Of a stretch of DNA of 35,330 nt, positions 12,751 to 26,300 are shown piece after piece. Both the position numbers and the translations under genes were made by a program. This DNA is from Paraglomus brasilianum (Eukaryota): the NCBI GenBank assembly GCA_910592345.1, contig CAJVPI010000324.1, positions 1 to 35,330 of the forward strand, given 5' to 3'. Under the pieces are notes generated by a model. That model had not been told where the DNA came from and did not search any database. It saw only the letters and a list, made by a program, of their open reading frames with translations. Every line of letters begins with the position of its first letter. Position 1 is the stretch's first letter.

Positions 12751-15542
12751 GTATGCCTTTATTTTAATAAAGTCACAACGTTTCTCCGCAAGAAATTTAA
12801 AAAATAAAATAAATTGGAAGTTGGCCATTTTTTCTCCATAGAATTATTCCATATTAATATCCACCACGATTTACCGAGCATCTATTATCTCTAGCAAAAA
12901 TAGTTTGGGTAATTCTGCTAACACTAATACTGTAACATGTAATATATTATCGTTTCGATTAGAATCACTGGAATAGCTCTTTTAACCATTCTGCATGCTG
13001 TATTAACACAGTGCGTCACGTGTTAACATTTTGTTTTACGCCAAATTGAGATTGTATGTATTGTTCTCCTGTTTTCTTTAACTTTCAATTTGTAACTAAC
13101 CGGTTGAGATAGAGATATTGGTCAAAGCGTGTAATAATTGTCCAAACACTGTCCAAAAGTATATATATAATAATAAGTGTTAGCAAAATTAGATAGAAAT
13201 TAAAAATTTACGTTTATTTCCAAGAGTTGGAATTTTCCTACAACAGTATGCTTTGTTTCTTCAGCTACATTAATACAGACACAATAAACCCAGTATCAGT
13301 TTCTAGACAAAGGAATGGTGTTTGATGTAATTCATCACTAAACAGTACCATGGTCATTATCGTAATTCTTAATCATAATTACGCATTCATAGTATACTAT
13401 ATATATAGTTTTCACAATAATAGCAAATTGAGTTAATTATCATAATAATAATAAAACGCTTATATTTTACTATACTATCTATGAAGACAATTACAGTAGA
13501 AAATTATAAATCTATAAAGCTACAATAATGGTATCTATACTATGACAAAACGTTGTATACTTAAATAAACAAACTTTGATAATTGAAATATTTATTTCAC
13601 AAATAGGAGAATCTTCGATAAACACCTTTAGTAGCACAAATTAATTAGCACTCTAGAGTAATGAATTATATTCCAGCGATAGGGAATATATACAGTATGT
13701 AGCTGCCTTTAGCTGATGCCTTATTAAAGCGGACACGTTAGCAGGGCCGTGTTTAGAGCTAGATTGAGAACATTCCCCCATAATTGTGTGTTGGCGAATC
13801 AGATAATATGGTACTCGTAGTTGGCACAAGGCCTAAGGTAGTTTAGGGCGCTCTCATCAGCTTACCTCCCTTGGCAAGTAGGTAAGTTAAAGGAGAGGTA
13901 TAATGTCCTCAATTCTTTGGTCATTTATTCAATTACCTTATTATTACATTTAAATATAGAGTAATAGAATTAGGGACAGCACAGCCCAGCGCGAAGACCA
14001 TAATGGTAAGACAAAAGTATGCCATCAAACAGTCCAACAGTACCCTTATGTCAACCATGACAAACACAACGTAAAAAATTTATGGAAACGGAAAAACCAA
14101 ACTGTTCGTGTTGTCGACCTTTCACGGGCCTAGTATCGGTACATTGTGTATGGTGTTTAATACCGTGTTTTGACATTGTGTCTCAAATAATATTATCTTT
14201 TTGGCTATAAAATTTAGTATTAGTGCAATACCAAGTATTCTTTGGTCACACTTGGAATAATTCGTGTAATCTGTTATCTACAATAAAGACAACTGTAAAA
14301 CTTTGTCGGCTAATAAAGAACGCAAAATATTTGCAAAGATATCTGACAATTATCGCTTTATATTTTTATTACACAATGCTATTCTAAATCCAGGCAAGAA
14401 ATGCCTGTTCGCTAGCATAATGACCGAAAATCAGAAATTCACATGCAACGTTTTACAAACACCCTTTGTATTACAATGCATAATATTAAATGCTTTAATG
14501 CTTAATGCTTTGTCACAGTAACGTAATACGATCAATGGAAAGTTCTAATGTCAAACTAAACACTGCTTAAAAGATCATCAGATCGGAACAAAAGCTTAAT
14601 ATATACTGTGCAGGGGCTGCTGCCAAGATGGTAGAAACTCAAGGATCCTTTTGAATAACGATGATATTTCCTGAAGAGATGAAGAACAGGGTTCAAAATC
14701 ACGATTTTAGAAAGTCGTGCAGGGTTTCGCCGTTCTTTATTCCGTGGTTGTTTGTTGTAGTGTGTTTGGTTAATAGTATACTATTTGGTTAATATTAACG
14801 TATTACATCATCGAAAATTTTTTCGATAATCTTTACACAATTTAAATTGAAACACTCTCCACTTGTCTGTTAATTGGCTGGTTTGTAATGTCGTGTGACA
14901 ATCTCGCGTTTCGTGAACCCGCAAACTTTAGCACCACTCTTTCAGGATCTATGCTAAATTATATGAACAAATGGTTCACACTTTCGAGACTACGCTCTAA
15001 TTTCGTACCACATTTATTGCACGAATGCCATATACACTAACTAATATAACAACTATATTATACAAGATGGGGGTGAAAAGTACTAAATTATATGGATTAA
15101 ATTTTTAGTGGGATAGAACTAATAAGTCAGTCGATTCGTACTAGATAGAACATTGGAACTAAGAAAATAATGGGATAATCATAGGCTGAGGAAAATACAA
15201 AAATGTGGTTTTTTTTTTAACAGTGAACAGGCGAAGAATAAATACTTGTAGATCTGAGATAAATTACAATGTTTTTGCACGGCATGTACATTGCCAACGG
15301 ATATTGTGTATATACCCACCAACAATAAGATTCGTACTTTTCTTTTTCCTCTTTCGCCTCTCTCTTTTGATTGATATCGAATATCCAATAAAAGCAAGTA
15401 GAATTATTCTTGCAATTGTCTTAAGGGAATGGTGCTAGACCATGGCCATTGGTGGATTTGGTTCGATACGTTTCTTCCTTTCTTCCTTTCTTCCTCCAAC
15501 CTCTCTCGATCCCAACAACAGTTTTCCCAACTCACAATCGAC

Positions 15543-16415
15543 TTATTCTCCAACGCCGCACAACTGAACATCTAACTTATCCCACCTCATCCCGCTCATT
15601 AGTTTATGAAACGCGTACATGCATTCTCTCTCGCTCTTGCTCAACTTTTCCTCACTGTCCACACACCCTTCGATTACCGCTCTAGCCCTCTCAACCATAA
15701 TCGTTTTTTGCGATGGTAAAATACTATGTTTAAAGAACATGTCCAACGTATACCGGACCGCGTAATATGCTTCCACGCCACCCCGTTTTTTAGATAGTTC
15801 AGAGTCCCCTTGACAAGATAATTGGTCAGAGAGCCGGGAAATGTGAGAAATGCGAAGAGGGTGAGATGAATCCAGAGCGTAGGTAAGATAGAAATACGTA
15901 TAGAGACGATCGGCTATGGTCTTGGTAAGCGACGAGGACGAGATGTCAGAAGACGGAAGGTCACAGTACGACGGATTTCGGAGTGTAATAGAGGTGAAAA
16001 TCGATGGAAGTTGCTGTTTTATTCTCGATGCCATGTAGATAGCACGGTCCTTTAGTGCTTTGACAGAATGTTCTTGTATGTTTGCCAAGTTTCCGCTAAT
16101 TATCGTTTCGACATCGATCTTCTCGTTCTGCTCGATGATCGAGGATATATCCATCCCGTTCGTCATGACACCTTTTCGGAGTTCCTTCTTTATCGTCCTC
16201 ATTGTCTTGACAAAGTTCCCTGTGCTGTCCGTATAGTCGATAGATATTTCATTGTCCGACGATGCTGCCGACGAGCGGGGAGTGATTGCCTCATCGTAAT
16301 CGTCGGATGTTTCGTCGTCTGAAGATACTTCGTAATATGTTGTTCTCGAGTGTTTTTTCAGTTTTGGTGAGGGAGCCTCAAAGTGAGAGCTTATGCGTTT
16401 TGGGATTAGGCGCAT
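15543..16415 (-). CDS. Hypothetical protein (290 aa ORF; acidic, Ser-rich N-terminus and helical-looking C-terminus)
   Basis: Long open frame with raised GC. A CTAAC branch point plus CAG acceptor lies 44 nt upstream of the ATG and the frame stays open to it, so an upstream exon or 5' UTR intron is likely. Confidence 0.75.
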   Translation of the reverse strand: MRLIPKRISSHFEAPSPKLKKHSRTTYYEVSSDDETSDDYDEAITPRSSAASSDNEISIDYTDSTGNFVKTMRTIKKELRKGVMTNGMDISSIIEQNEKIDVETIISGNLANIQEHSVKALKDRAIYMASRIKQQLPSIFTSITLRNPSYCDLPSSDISSSSLTKTIADRLYTYFYLTYALDSSHPLRISHISRLSDQLSCQGDSELSKKRGGVEAYYAVRYTLDMFFKHSILPSQKTIMVERARAVIEGCVDSEEKLSKSERECMYAFHKLMSGMRWDKLDVQLCGVGE

Positions 16416-16902
16416 GGTGAGAATTTGGTTTCTTTTTCGCCCAAATGTATTTGTGGGAACTGGTGGAGGTGGTGATGTAAATAAAGTTAGAACGCGTTGT
16501 AATGGTAAAAAGAATAAGATAGTGCAAGGCTATCTATCGTAGGGTATATGCATACAAATGAATGTTGATAGGGGGGAAAAAGAGTGAGGAGCGGGTTGGA
16601 AGCATAAAGGGGATATTCAATGTGTTCAGGAAAGGAACGGGACAGGGGAATTGGGGGAAATTGCACGGTATTTCTATTTAAGGTGTGTACGGCAATTAAG
16701 ATACGAATAGTGTTACGCACCAGTCCCCAATTAGTATCAAATTGAGGTGCATGAAATAGAATGGATATAAACAGTAAGCACAAGCCAGTAAATTAACTAA
16801 TTTGTACAGTTACAGGGTCGATACGATATGAATATGGGCTGCTTTTTGTGTTCATACATAAAAACCGAATATGAGTAACACAAGAGGTAAAAGACGGGGG
16901 TA

Positions 16903-17010
16903 TGTGGAAAATGCTAAAGCTTGGTGTTTGCCATGGAAAAGATTAAAGCTTGGTGTTTGCCATGCCATGGAAAAGATTAAAGCTTGGTGTTTGCCATGCC
17001 ATGGAAAAGG
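16903..17010. repeat. Tandem repeat, 29-34 bp unit (ATGGAAAAGATTAAAGCTTGGTGTTTGCCATGCC), about 3.3 copies
   Basis: Directly visible head-to-tail copies without spacers. Confidence 0.95.
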
Positions 17011-19866
17011 TTATATAAATACTTAAATTCAACCGAATGTCTTGTTAAGCGACTGACCTGCCTTGTTGGTTCTTTCTTTGTTGAGTAAGGTTTATGGGGG
17101 TTCTTTGTCAACTCGGAATGATGTTATTCTAAACGTGCGGGGGCTGTTTTTGTGTATCAATATACAATGATTCTTGTTTTATGATTGAACGCTGATAAAA
17201 AAAAGGATCTGAAGCGGTGCATCGGGTTAATTTTATACATCTGAGGCGATCGGCATACCACGGAACAATACTTTTCATTCTATGTACATAAATGGTCTGT
17301 CGTAATGACTGAATGCATGTATCATACTGATGTTACTTGGTGCAGAAACCGATTGTATCACACTCCTAATTGTCATTTAACCAAACCAAATCTAAATAGA
17401 AACGAGCGTGGGAAGCAGAATAAATAATACGGGCAATAACACATTAATAAATCGACACTTAATAATGCAAATATTAAGCTCACGTGGTGCTGTAAAGAAG
17501 TAGTTTGCAGGTTAATTTTAGGTAGAATTGCCTCGTTCATAACGATTATAGCGCAACCGATATACGGCCAATAGTCCCTGGAAAGTAACGACTGGATGAA
17601 ACACGTTGGTGAGCAGGCAAATTATTTAATATTCATTCAGCGACGAAAAAAATAATATAGATATTGTGGGAACTGGAAAACCCGTCGAATGCGAGAGAGT
17701 GAGTCAACAGGAGGCCAAAATAACGAGAGCAGTCAAGGCAATAGTGATTGTCAAGAGAAGCTCGTTACTGTCATTACCGTGAATGTCTTAATCACGTTTA
17801 AGTTGTGAGTCAGATTGACATTCAATCCCATACGATACAAACAAACAAACGATAATGCGAAATAACATTACGCAAACATCTATCGTTTGCAGGAAACCTT
17901 TGATTTGTACATTCCTTTTTTGTTTAGACGAGGCATTGTATCTTTGAATCAAAGACATTCTCAAGGAAATTTTTATTAAATTTACCATGTCCATCACATC
18001 AGATGTTATTGTTGCATCTCGGTTTGGGATCTGGATTGAGATTCTGGACTGGGATGACCGAGTTCTAGATTGAGATGGTCTCGAACTGAGGTACATTATC
18101 ATACAACTTTTACAGCAGTCCCAAAAGACTAACGCTTTTAGATTATTTCTTGGGTTGTTGTTTTTGTTGTTTTTTTTTGCCCAAGTATTTTTAGCAACTT
18201 TTGTTATTCGGATATCATTTGCATTAACTTGGTGTCATGCCTCAATAAGTCTTTTTATTAAAATGACTATTATTTATGTTCTGCCGGTGTACACGTTCCT
18301 TATTAGGCATCGTGTACCAGAACAAAATTTTAGAACTTGTAATTTCAGTTGAGAAGCCAGTGGGCTTCGTGTGAGTTATACACGTTTCTGCCAAGTAGGC
18401 AAGCAATACTATCAATTGGTTGCAAAACAACGATGTGTTAATTTATTTGTATAACCTTTAAGTAACGAAGCTCTCGCTTATTCTTTTTTGGTTTACAAAT
18501 TATCTTGGATGGTGTACTATTCTAACTTGGATTCTTTATCCGTCTGTATTCCGTGTGATTGGGCGCCAGTCAGACAAGTGAACATAATAATGACACTTTA
18601 TTCGGCGCCATGGTCGTATTATGACGTATGTGGCATATATTATATTGTACGGAGCTGGTCAGGGGGTTTGTTCACGGATGACGTTAAATTTGTGCGAGCA
18701 ATAGTAGCAATTCTAACGAGTTGGATACAAAGACAAGATTCTTTTAATAATACATGTTAAAGTAACCTCATGTTTTGAGCAAGAAACTTTTTGTTAATTA
18801 CTGGCATAGTAAATCGGTTGAAAGGATACAATTGATCGACTCCATAGTACTGTATTAGTAATAGGAAATACTTTACCCGGAGAAATAAAATCCTCAGAGC
18901 TGCGTTAGTATAAATCTGATGTACTGCCTTTTTTTTTTTTTTTTGCTTGTAAATTTATGATCATAGAGAAGAAACTATTTGACTTCAAATGAAAATGCAT
19001 ATAAAAAAAGTTCGATATAAGAATTCTCAATGAAAGGCTTGCATACTGCTATCGAATAACTAAAAGACAAGCTTTCTATAGAAATTATGACTATTTTATT
19101 GTCTCTCATATTGCAATCTGTTATTGTATTATTAAAGTATATATACGTTAGTATTCATTTACAATATTGCGTTGCCTGCAAAACAAATGAATAGTTATAA
19201 TTGTCAACTATTATAATAATTGACACATTAATATATACACTCTAACAGTATTACTGGTCCCTTGAGATGCTGTCATGCATTCTATACTGATTGCTTCTTT
19301 AAGGTTATCAATAGCGATGGTAAGAATGACGTTCTTTTGGCTTTACTATGAGAACAAACCAAGTGTATCACAAAATCGAACAAGTCCTTATAACAAAAGT
19401 CAAAAAGGTTTTTACAATTGCATATTCAAATATTCATAGCGAAAACGGTATGTTTGCTCAATGTTTCCAGATCGACAACGTTTGGGAAGACTTTAAAGTC
19501 TTATTTGATAAAAATAATGAAAAAAAATTCGTCATAGAACTTTAGTTCGCCATAAATTGGTAAAAGCAATAGTCTAGAAACATTAGTAGTAGTGACAGTG
19601 TGATTAATAATATAGTAGTAATAATAACAATAAAGAAAGAGCGAATCTTAAATATGTGTTATAGTGTCCAAAGAAATAGGTTATACTCGTTGACGGCTTT
19701 TGAACAGTGTGTTTTCGAAATTGATTACTAATAATAAAAATACGCCAGAAATGATAAACGTTAACAGTTGTTCATATTACAAGTAAAGGCTTTACTAACA
19801 CAGTCGGCCGTAAACTTGTTCGCAACATCAACGTTCATAAGTTTTGTAACTTTCACAAGTGTTGCA

Positions 19867-20609
19867 TAAATTCTGAGTGAAAAATGATTGTTTACGTTAA
19901 GGACAAAGATTTTAAAGAATTTATCATAAGAAGTTTGTTATAATATAACTTAAGAAGTCATTATTTGTATCTTTAAGTAAAATATCCTCACACTTTAAAA
20001 TATTTAGATGCAAAATTTCTAACACTTTGGTTTATTATTATTATTATTATAGAATAATAATTTAAAATATAAAAATTTCTAAAATTTAAATTTATGTAAT
20101 TGTATTTTGTTTAACATTTGCCAGATTTAACACTTAGATGCGTCTCCTTATTGCTAACAACTTTACTTAATACGTGTTTGTTCACTAACCAAAGTTTTAT
20201 ATAAGCAACCGGGTGAGATGCATCATTTTGTATTATACTAAAATTTTGCCTGCTACAGTCAAACCTCGATATAGTTAAAGTCTTGATACAGTGAATTTCG
20301 CGCTATAGTGAAGAATTCCTCTGATCCAAAAACAGCATTAGTATAAACTTTACTATATTGAAAGATTCGATACAGTGAATTTTCGATATAGTGAAGAAAA
20401 ATTCCCGTCCGCTGACTTCACTATATCGAGGTTTGACTGTAAACCAAAATTTCAGAAATTTTGCATTTAAATATTTTAAAGTGTGAGGATATTTTTACTT
20501 AAGGATACAAATAATGACTTTCTTAAGTTACATTATAACAAACTTCTTATGATAAATTCTTTAAAATCTTTGTCCTTAACGTAAACAATCATTTCTCACT
20601 CAGAATTTA
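19867..20609. repeat. Long inverted repeat (~170-bp arms; foldback/MITE-like element)
   Basis: 19867-20034 (TAAATTCTGAGTGAAAAATGATTGTTTACGTTAAGGACAAAG...) is the near-identical reverse complement of 20440-20609 (...CTTTGTCCTTAACGTAAACAATCATTTCTCACTCAGAATTTA). Confidence 0.92.
20256..20439. mobile_element. Tc1/mariner-pogo-type MITE (184 bp)
   Basis: Perfect 20-bp TIR CAGTCAAACCTCGATATAGT, TA on both sides, internal GATA(T/C)AGTGAA repeats. Confidence 0.9.
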
Positions 20610-20888
20610 ACATTTGATCGCTGAATTCTGTACTTGTATTATTTATTATTGCATATTCAAACTAGAATTTTTCACAAATTGCGTAATTAGCGTGTATCAC
20701 TGTTTAAGTATGACAGCATTCCATCCGAAGACTAACGAATGCGACTCGAGACTCATTCAACCCTTGAACTGTGGCGCATGTGCGTATTATGTGCCATTGT
20801 CATCAAACCAAAACGGGCAGTGTGGTCCACCGAATTTGTTTGTAAACGTTTTTTTTTATTTGCAACATTCCATTCCACCGCACAATAA

Positions 20889-22811
20889 ATGGCAAAACAC
20901 GGTTCACTATTAAGCAGACTTCAACATCTTGACGCATATGCAAAGACACTTGATGATTTTAGAGTCAAGACCTATTATGGAGCTGCATGTAAGTTCAAAA
21001 CGTCGTAGAGCATGCACGAGGTGTTTCTGCAACCCTGTGTATGGAATATTGTGTCGAAACTTTACCTCTCGCCAACCGTATAATAACATTCGTTTCTTTA
21101 CCTATGCAGTAACTATCATAAGTGCATTTATAATATTATATTTATTGTTATCTGAATTCGCTGATTATCGTACACCAGAAATGCGGACTGAGCTGATTGT
21201 CGACAAGGGAAGGAAGGCAAAGTTGACCATCAATGTTAATATAACGTTTCCTAAAATACCCTGTTATTGTAAGTGATTTATGTAGAGAAATATGGGGGAG
21301 GAAGCATGTGTATTGGAATCGTTGCTCTAACCGATCGGATTGCTATTTTTTTTTGTTGAAAGTATTAAGTGTGGACGTCTTGGATGCGGCAGGAGAGGTA
21401 CACAATGATCTGGCGCATGAGGTACACAAGACACGTTTAGATACATCTGGAGCAATCATTGGAGTCGAAATGGTAAAAGGTAACATTCTAGAGAATGCAT
21501 TGATATAGCACAGTCACTGATCTAATAGCAAATTCTAATGTGTACTATTTACATCCAACCCTTACGATACACCTTATAATTTTCCTCGAATCAGAACTTG
21601 GAGATAGCACAAAGAGTTTTGAGAAATTAGTTCCTAACAAAAACACAACAGGAACAAATGAAACAGATGCCGATAAAACATACTGTGGGAAATGTTATGG
21701 TGGTGAGCCTCCTGAGAGCGGGTGCTGTAATACTTGCGATGACGTTAAGGAGGCTTATGTTAAGAAAGGATGGAGTTTTAATAATCCTGAAGGAGTTGAA
21801 CAGGTAAATTGATCATTGTAATGGGGGTGGGTTATCGGTAATAATTTTAATGTTGAGATGTAGTAGGCTTACAGTTTGCTGTTGAATACAACAAATTTCA
21901 TCAAGATTCAGTTGATGAAGCACAAATAGTACTTTGTTATAAAGCTGTTTTATGAGAATTTCCTAGCCAATACTGATCAGCCTTAATATTCTCTCTTCTC
22001 TCCAAGTGTATAAACGAAGGATGGATAGAAAAGATACAAAAGCAATCAAAGGAGGGCTGCAATCTTGCCGGGTCAGTGAGAGTGAAGAAAGTGGCTGGTA
22101 ATTTCCACTTTGCTCCGGGTAAATCATTCGAACGGAATCACGTGCATGTCCATGATATACAACCATTTCTTTCCGATGACATAAAACATGAATTTACCCA
22201 TATTATACATCATATGAGTTATGGCCCCTTTGTAGAGAGTGTTGTTAACCCATTAGACGGGACGAGCAAGATTGTTGACAGTGGTGAGTCTTGGCGGTGG
22301 AACGGTTTCATTTCATGAATTGTCTGAATAATTCAAGTTAAAACAATGTTACGATTAATACCCACCCATATTATATAGGCAATTTCCAATTTCAGTACTT
22401 TCTAAAGGTCGTCGCTACCCAGTTCCATTACCTTAATGGGGATAGCGTATATACTAACCAGTTCTCTGTGACTGAATATGAGAGAAACCTTTCCCAAAAG
22501 CAAGACAACAGCAAGGCATATATGCATAATAAACACGGTGGATTGCCAGGTACCTATCTTATATTATGGTTATATTATGGTTCTTACGTCTTCTCACTTT
22601 TTTCGTTTCTTTGATAGGAGTATTTTTCTATTATGATATTTCGCCAATGTTGATAATCAATAGAGAACACCAAAAGAGCTTTACTCATTTTATGACTGGA
22701 ATATGCGCTATTGTTGGAGGGATATTCACTGTTGCTGGAATACTAGATGGGTTTATTTATAGTGCTGAGAAGACTTTGAAGAAGAAAATAGAACTTGGAA
22801 AACATTTGTAA
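20889..22811 (+). CDS. ERV46: ER-derived vesicle protein Erv46 / ERGIC3 (COPII cargo receptor subunit), 7 exons
   Basis: Exons 20889-20988, 21110-21268, 21363-21479, 21595-21803, 22007-22283, 22379-22549 and 22618-22811. Motifs: LDAYAKTLDDFRVKT, TM1, INVNITFPKIPC, YCGKCYGGEPPESGCCNTCDDVKEAY, EGCNLAGSVRVKKVAGNFHFAPG, FQYFLKVV, TNQFSVTE, PGVFFYYDISPM, CAIVGGIFTVAG, KKIELGKHL*. Confidence 0.97.
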
Positions 22812-23327
22812 AATAAAAAATTTAAATAAAATTTATAAACACTTAATCTCAACAAACTTCCCAATATTATCGAGACTATTTACCTAACTTGAGGACTATT
22901 ATTAGAAATTGTGTTAGCATCACATCAAATATTCTCTACTAAATACCAAGTACATACTCTTAAATCTACACAACGAAAAACTCGTAGAAAAGCTGAACGA
23001 GCTCAAGCTAAATTTCTCTGGTTTCAATTCGAGAGGTGAGAGTTCCCTTGATTTGGATGCTATCAATGCTTAACCTCCTCTTTTGAGAGATTTAGTATAA
23101 AGATACAACAAAAAAAACATTGTTTCATTTCAGCTGGCAAACTGGTAACCGCAGACCGCCCACGGCTTTTAAATAGATACTTTCAAATTCATTTAACCGA
23201 AAATTGTTTCCATTCCAACATTATGTGTGAGTGGTATTATAACTCATATTTGAGGTTGGGATATTAGTACTCGCCACGTGACATAAAAGTAGAAATTATT
23301 CACGAGTGAAATTGGTGAAAGTTGAGA

Positions 23328-26300
23328 ATGGAACCCTCGGTGCAGGCAACTTTGATCTTGTTAGATTGCCACAAAGACGCGCTTACGAGACCGGTTATTT
23401 TAGCTGAGGAGACCGGTTAGTTAGTTATCTGGAGTTTCTGTTTCGTAGTGAAGCAACGAAGCTTCCTTGAACAATTTATGCTGACACATCACCTATAAAT
23501 TTATACAACTCATTCTTTACCAAACACCAACGTGATTAGGCTGTACGCTATGGACTTGCTTTGTCGAGGGAGCTCTCGAATATTGTCGGATCGTGTTTGA
23601 TTTGTTCGAGGATGCTGCGGTCAGTAGCACTTCAAGAGAGTTTCGCTAGATCTTATAGCTTAACATTATAATATCGAATTACTGAAACAAAGACTATTTA
23701 ATTAATGTCTCTGGTCATTATAGATCTCAATTCATGTCGCAGGAACAACTAAGGAATTATCTATTCTCAGCGACTGGCACGTACGAAATGTAAACGAGGT
23801 TCGGTTTATTTTTTGTTTATTTTTCTCCGATCCAAATTTATTCTTTGATCTAACGACGTTTTACTACGTCAATCAGATAGCAAACAACTTCAAATATATT
23901 CCATCTCAGATTCTCGACCCATTCCTAACACGAATGGAACAAGCTCTCGAAAATGCTGTTAGATCACTGATTAGTTACAACCCACGATCTATGCCCACTC
24001 AAATGGCTTCCTCAACGCCTGCAAGCAAGAGAGTTAGAGTCATATGGATAGTTATGGGCAAAGGTGGCGAACGAGAGTTTGAGTGAGTTCTTCGGAAGGC
24101 TAAATAGTGATGAGCATGAGGAGGGTGGGTAAGAGGAAGATGCGAGTGGATGAGATATGGAATGTGAATATAATAGTTTTTGATGGTTTTGTAGTTATTG
24201 TGAGACGGAAGGAGCTTTACCGTCTTTTGATCTTTGTCAGTTGATACGGGCCGTGTTCAGACGCGTTTGGAGTTCAAGAGAGCATCGTGACGGATTGTGA
24301 GTTTTATTTCTTGCTAGTTTGTCTTTAATAAATGTAACGGCTTGGCGCGTGTGGATAAAAACTAATATGAGGAACGTTCTTCGTGAAAAATCTATATACA
24401 ATAACGTTCTTTAAATATTATAGGCCACTTGATCATTGTCATTTTGACATTATACGCGTGGTACCGCCTTATCAGCCTTTACCCAATGACATGCCATGGA
24501 CAAGGGTAAGTTGAAGACATAATTTACTACTTTGTATATTCGATACGTTATTCTAATTTGAGCGTTTTTCTTTCTTTCTTGTCATTTTTATTGTACATGT
24601 CTTGAAGATTGAAAAAAACGCTTCGGTAACATTATATAATATTCCATATGAAAGATTGGGGCTATCACGTACAATGGTGCATCTTGCTCAACTACACCGC
24701 CGGTTGCATACGTTGCAACTAAAAGGCGTCCCGATGAAGGTAACGTAACGCAGTTTTACACAACTGTGTATGTATATCGCGTTTCGTGCATGGCTAAAAG
24801 TTTTATTTTTACTGACCGCAATCGGATAGAAAACTACAGCGAATACGAAAGTGTCATACGAAATCAATCTATTATATCATACAAAGCAACATGTCTTGTA
24901 CACAGATGCAGATATACTTGAGGAAACGAAACAGGTGAACCGACGTATATATGAAGAAAATTTTCTTTCTGAACGAAGAAATGTAATAAAATGGTGCAAG
25001 CGGAAGAATCAAGAGCATGGTATTGTTATTTATGCACGAGATTGTGTGGTAGAACATGAACAAATTCTAATTACAGGTTTTATTAATTAAACTGTTAACT
25101 ATAGACATGATAGCAACAGAGTGTATTCATCGTGCTACGCCTCTTGATGTAAGTAGATGTTTTTGGGGGAACTAACTTGTTTGCGATGACCCAGTTAAAG
25201 TTGATGTACTAACATATATTGGATTCACTCAGATATCTCAATTACCAACAGTGGTATTCACACAAAACTTAGTGAGTGGTATGTAAGAATTCTTTGCTAA
25301 TTTACAATTGGGAAACACTGGACTGGTTGATCGACAGTAACACAGTGTCTGACTAGGTCCTGTGATTGCAAGATTCTCGTATTTTCTGAAGGACTTGTCT
25401 TATTGAGTACTTTCGCAAATAGGCTCTATCCACTTTTTTAGTATAATACCGTCATCCAAGATTGGCGTTAGCGACGATACTCCGCCTAGTTTGAAAGAGA
25501 GTACCCATGTAATCGCATTTCATAATGGTAACTATTCGTCACTTTTATATCTCTCATCGTACCGGACTGCTGAATAACCCGATTTTTTTTATTATAGACA
25601 CGATATACGTACATTGTCTTGCTCAATCAAACGAGGGGAAATATATATCACTTGAACGTGCTACGCCACCCAAAGTATTATTACCCCGGCCAAAAGCACT
25701 AGTAGCTACACATATAAATGTTAGTAGCATCTGTTTCACGATTTCTTACGATTCACATTTCTTGATTTGACTTACACGTTCTAATTTTTTACTGTAGCAA
25801 TGTGTCCAGTCCATAATAAGACCCAACATTATAACTTCTGTTGAAAACCAACAGATCTATGACACTATAGACAATTCAATTACCGTCCTCGACACTGCAG
25901 AACTAAATGATCAGTTCAGCACTGAACCCGGTGTATCAAATGCGAATACCATTGTCACATCATCTGCAGCTCTCGAAATGGAAACGAGATGGTGGAAAGG
26001 TTTGTTAACCGGAAACGTCGACGTGGGATGGAAACTGTTGATTGGTCTTGGAAGAGTAAGTCGGAATATAGCGTTCTACGAATTGACTGCTATTTGAAGA
26101 GATCGTTTGATGACATGTATATAAATCAGCCTGTACAGGATAGACCCGGCCAGTCAGCTCAGAAGAATACTGGCGATGGGAAGGGTCCAGTGATTGAGCA
26201 ATTGGCTGCTTTGAGAAGCATACTTTGTACTGAGAATCCTCCACTAGATTACATACAGAACATGAATAAGGTGTTGTATTTATGACTTGTTGGCGGTTTA

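Noticed and set aside
13749..13763. GTTTAGAGCTAGA resembling the Cas9 repeat/sgRNA scaffold start
   Set aside because: Single short match with no continuation of the scaffold; compatible with chance.
16903..17010. 29-34 bp repeats as a CRISPR array
   Set aside because: Copies are head-to-tail with no unique spacers, there are no cas genes, and the context is eukaryotic.
17788..18760. Short hydrophobic ORFs on both strands
   Set aside because: Explained by T-rich composition; no domain or coherent gene model.
21804..22006. CCTTAAT near the acceptor suggesting a U12-type intron in ERV46
   Set aside because: The donor is GTAAAT, not the U12 consensus RTATCCTT.
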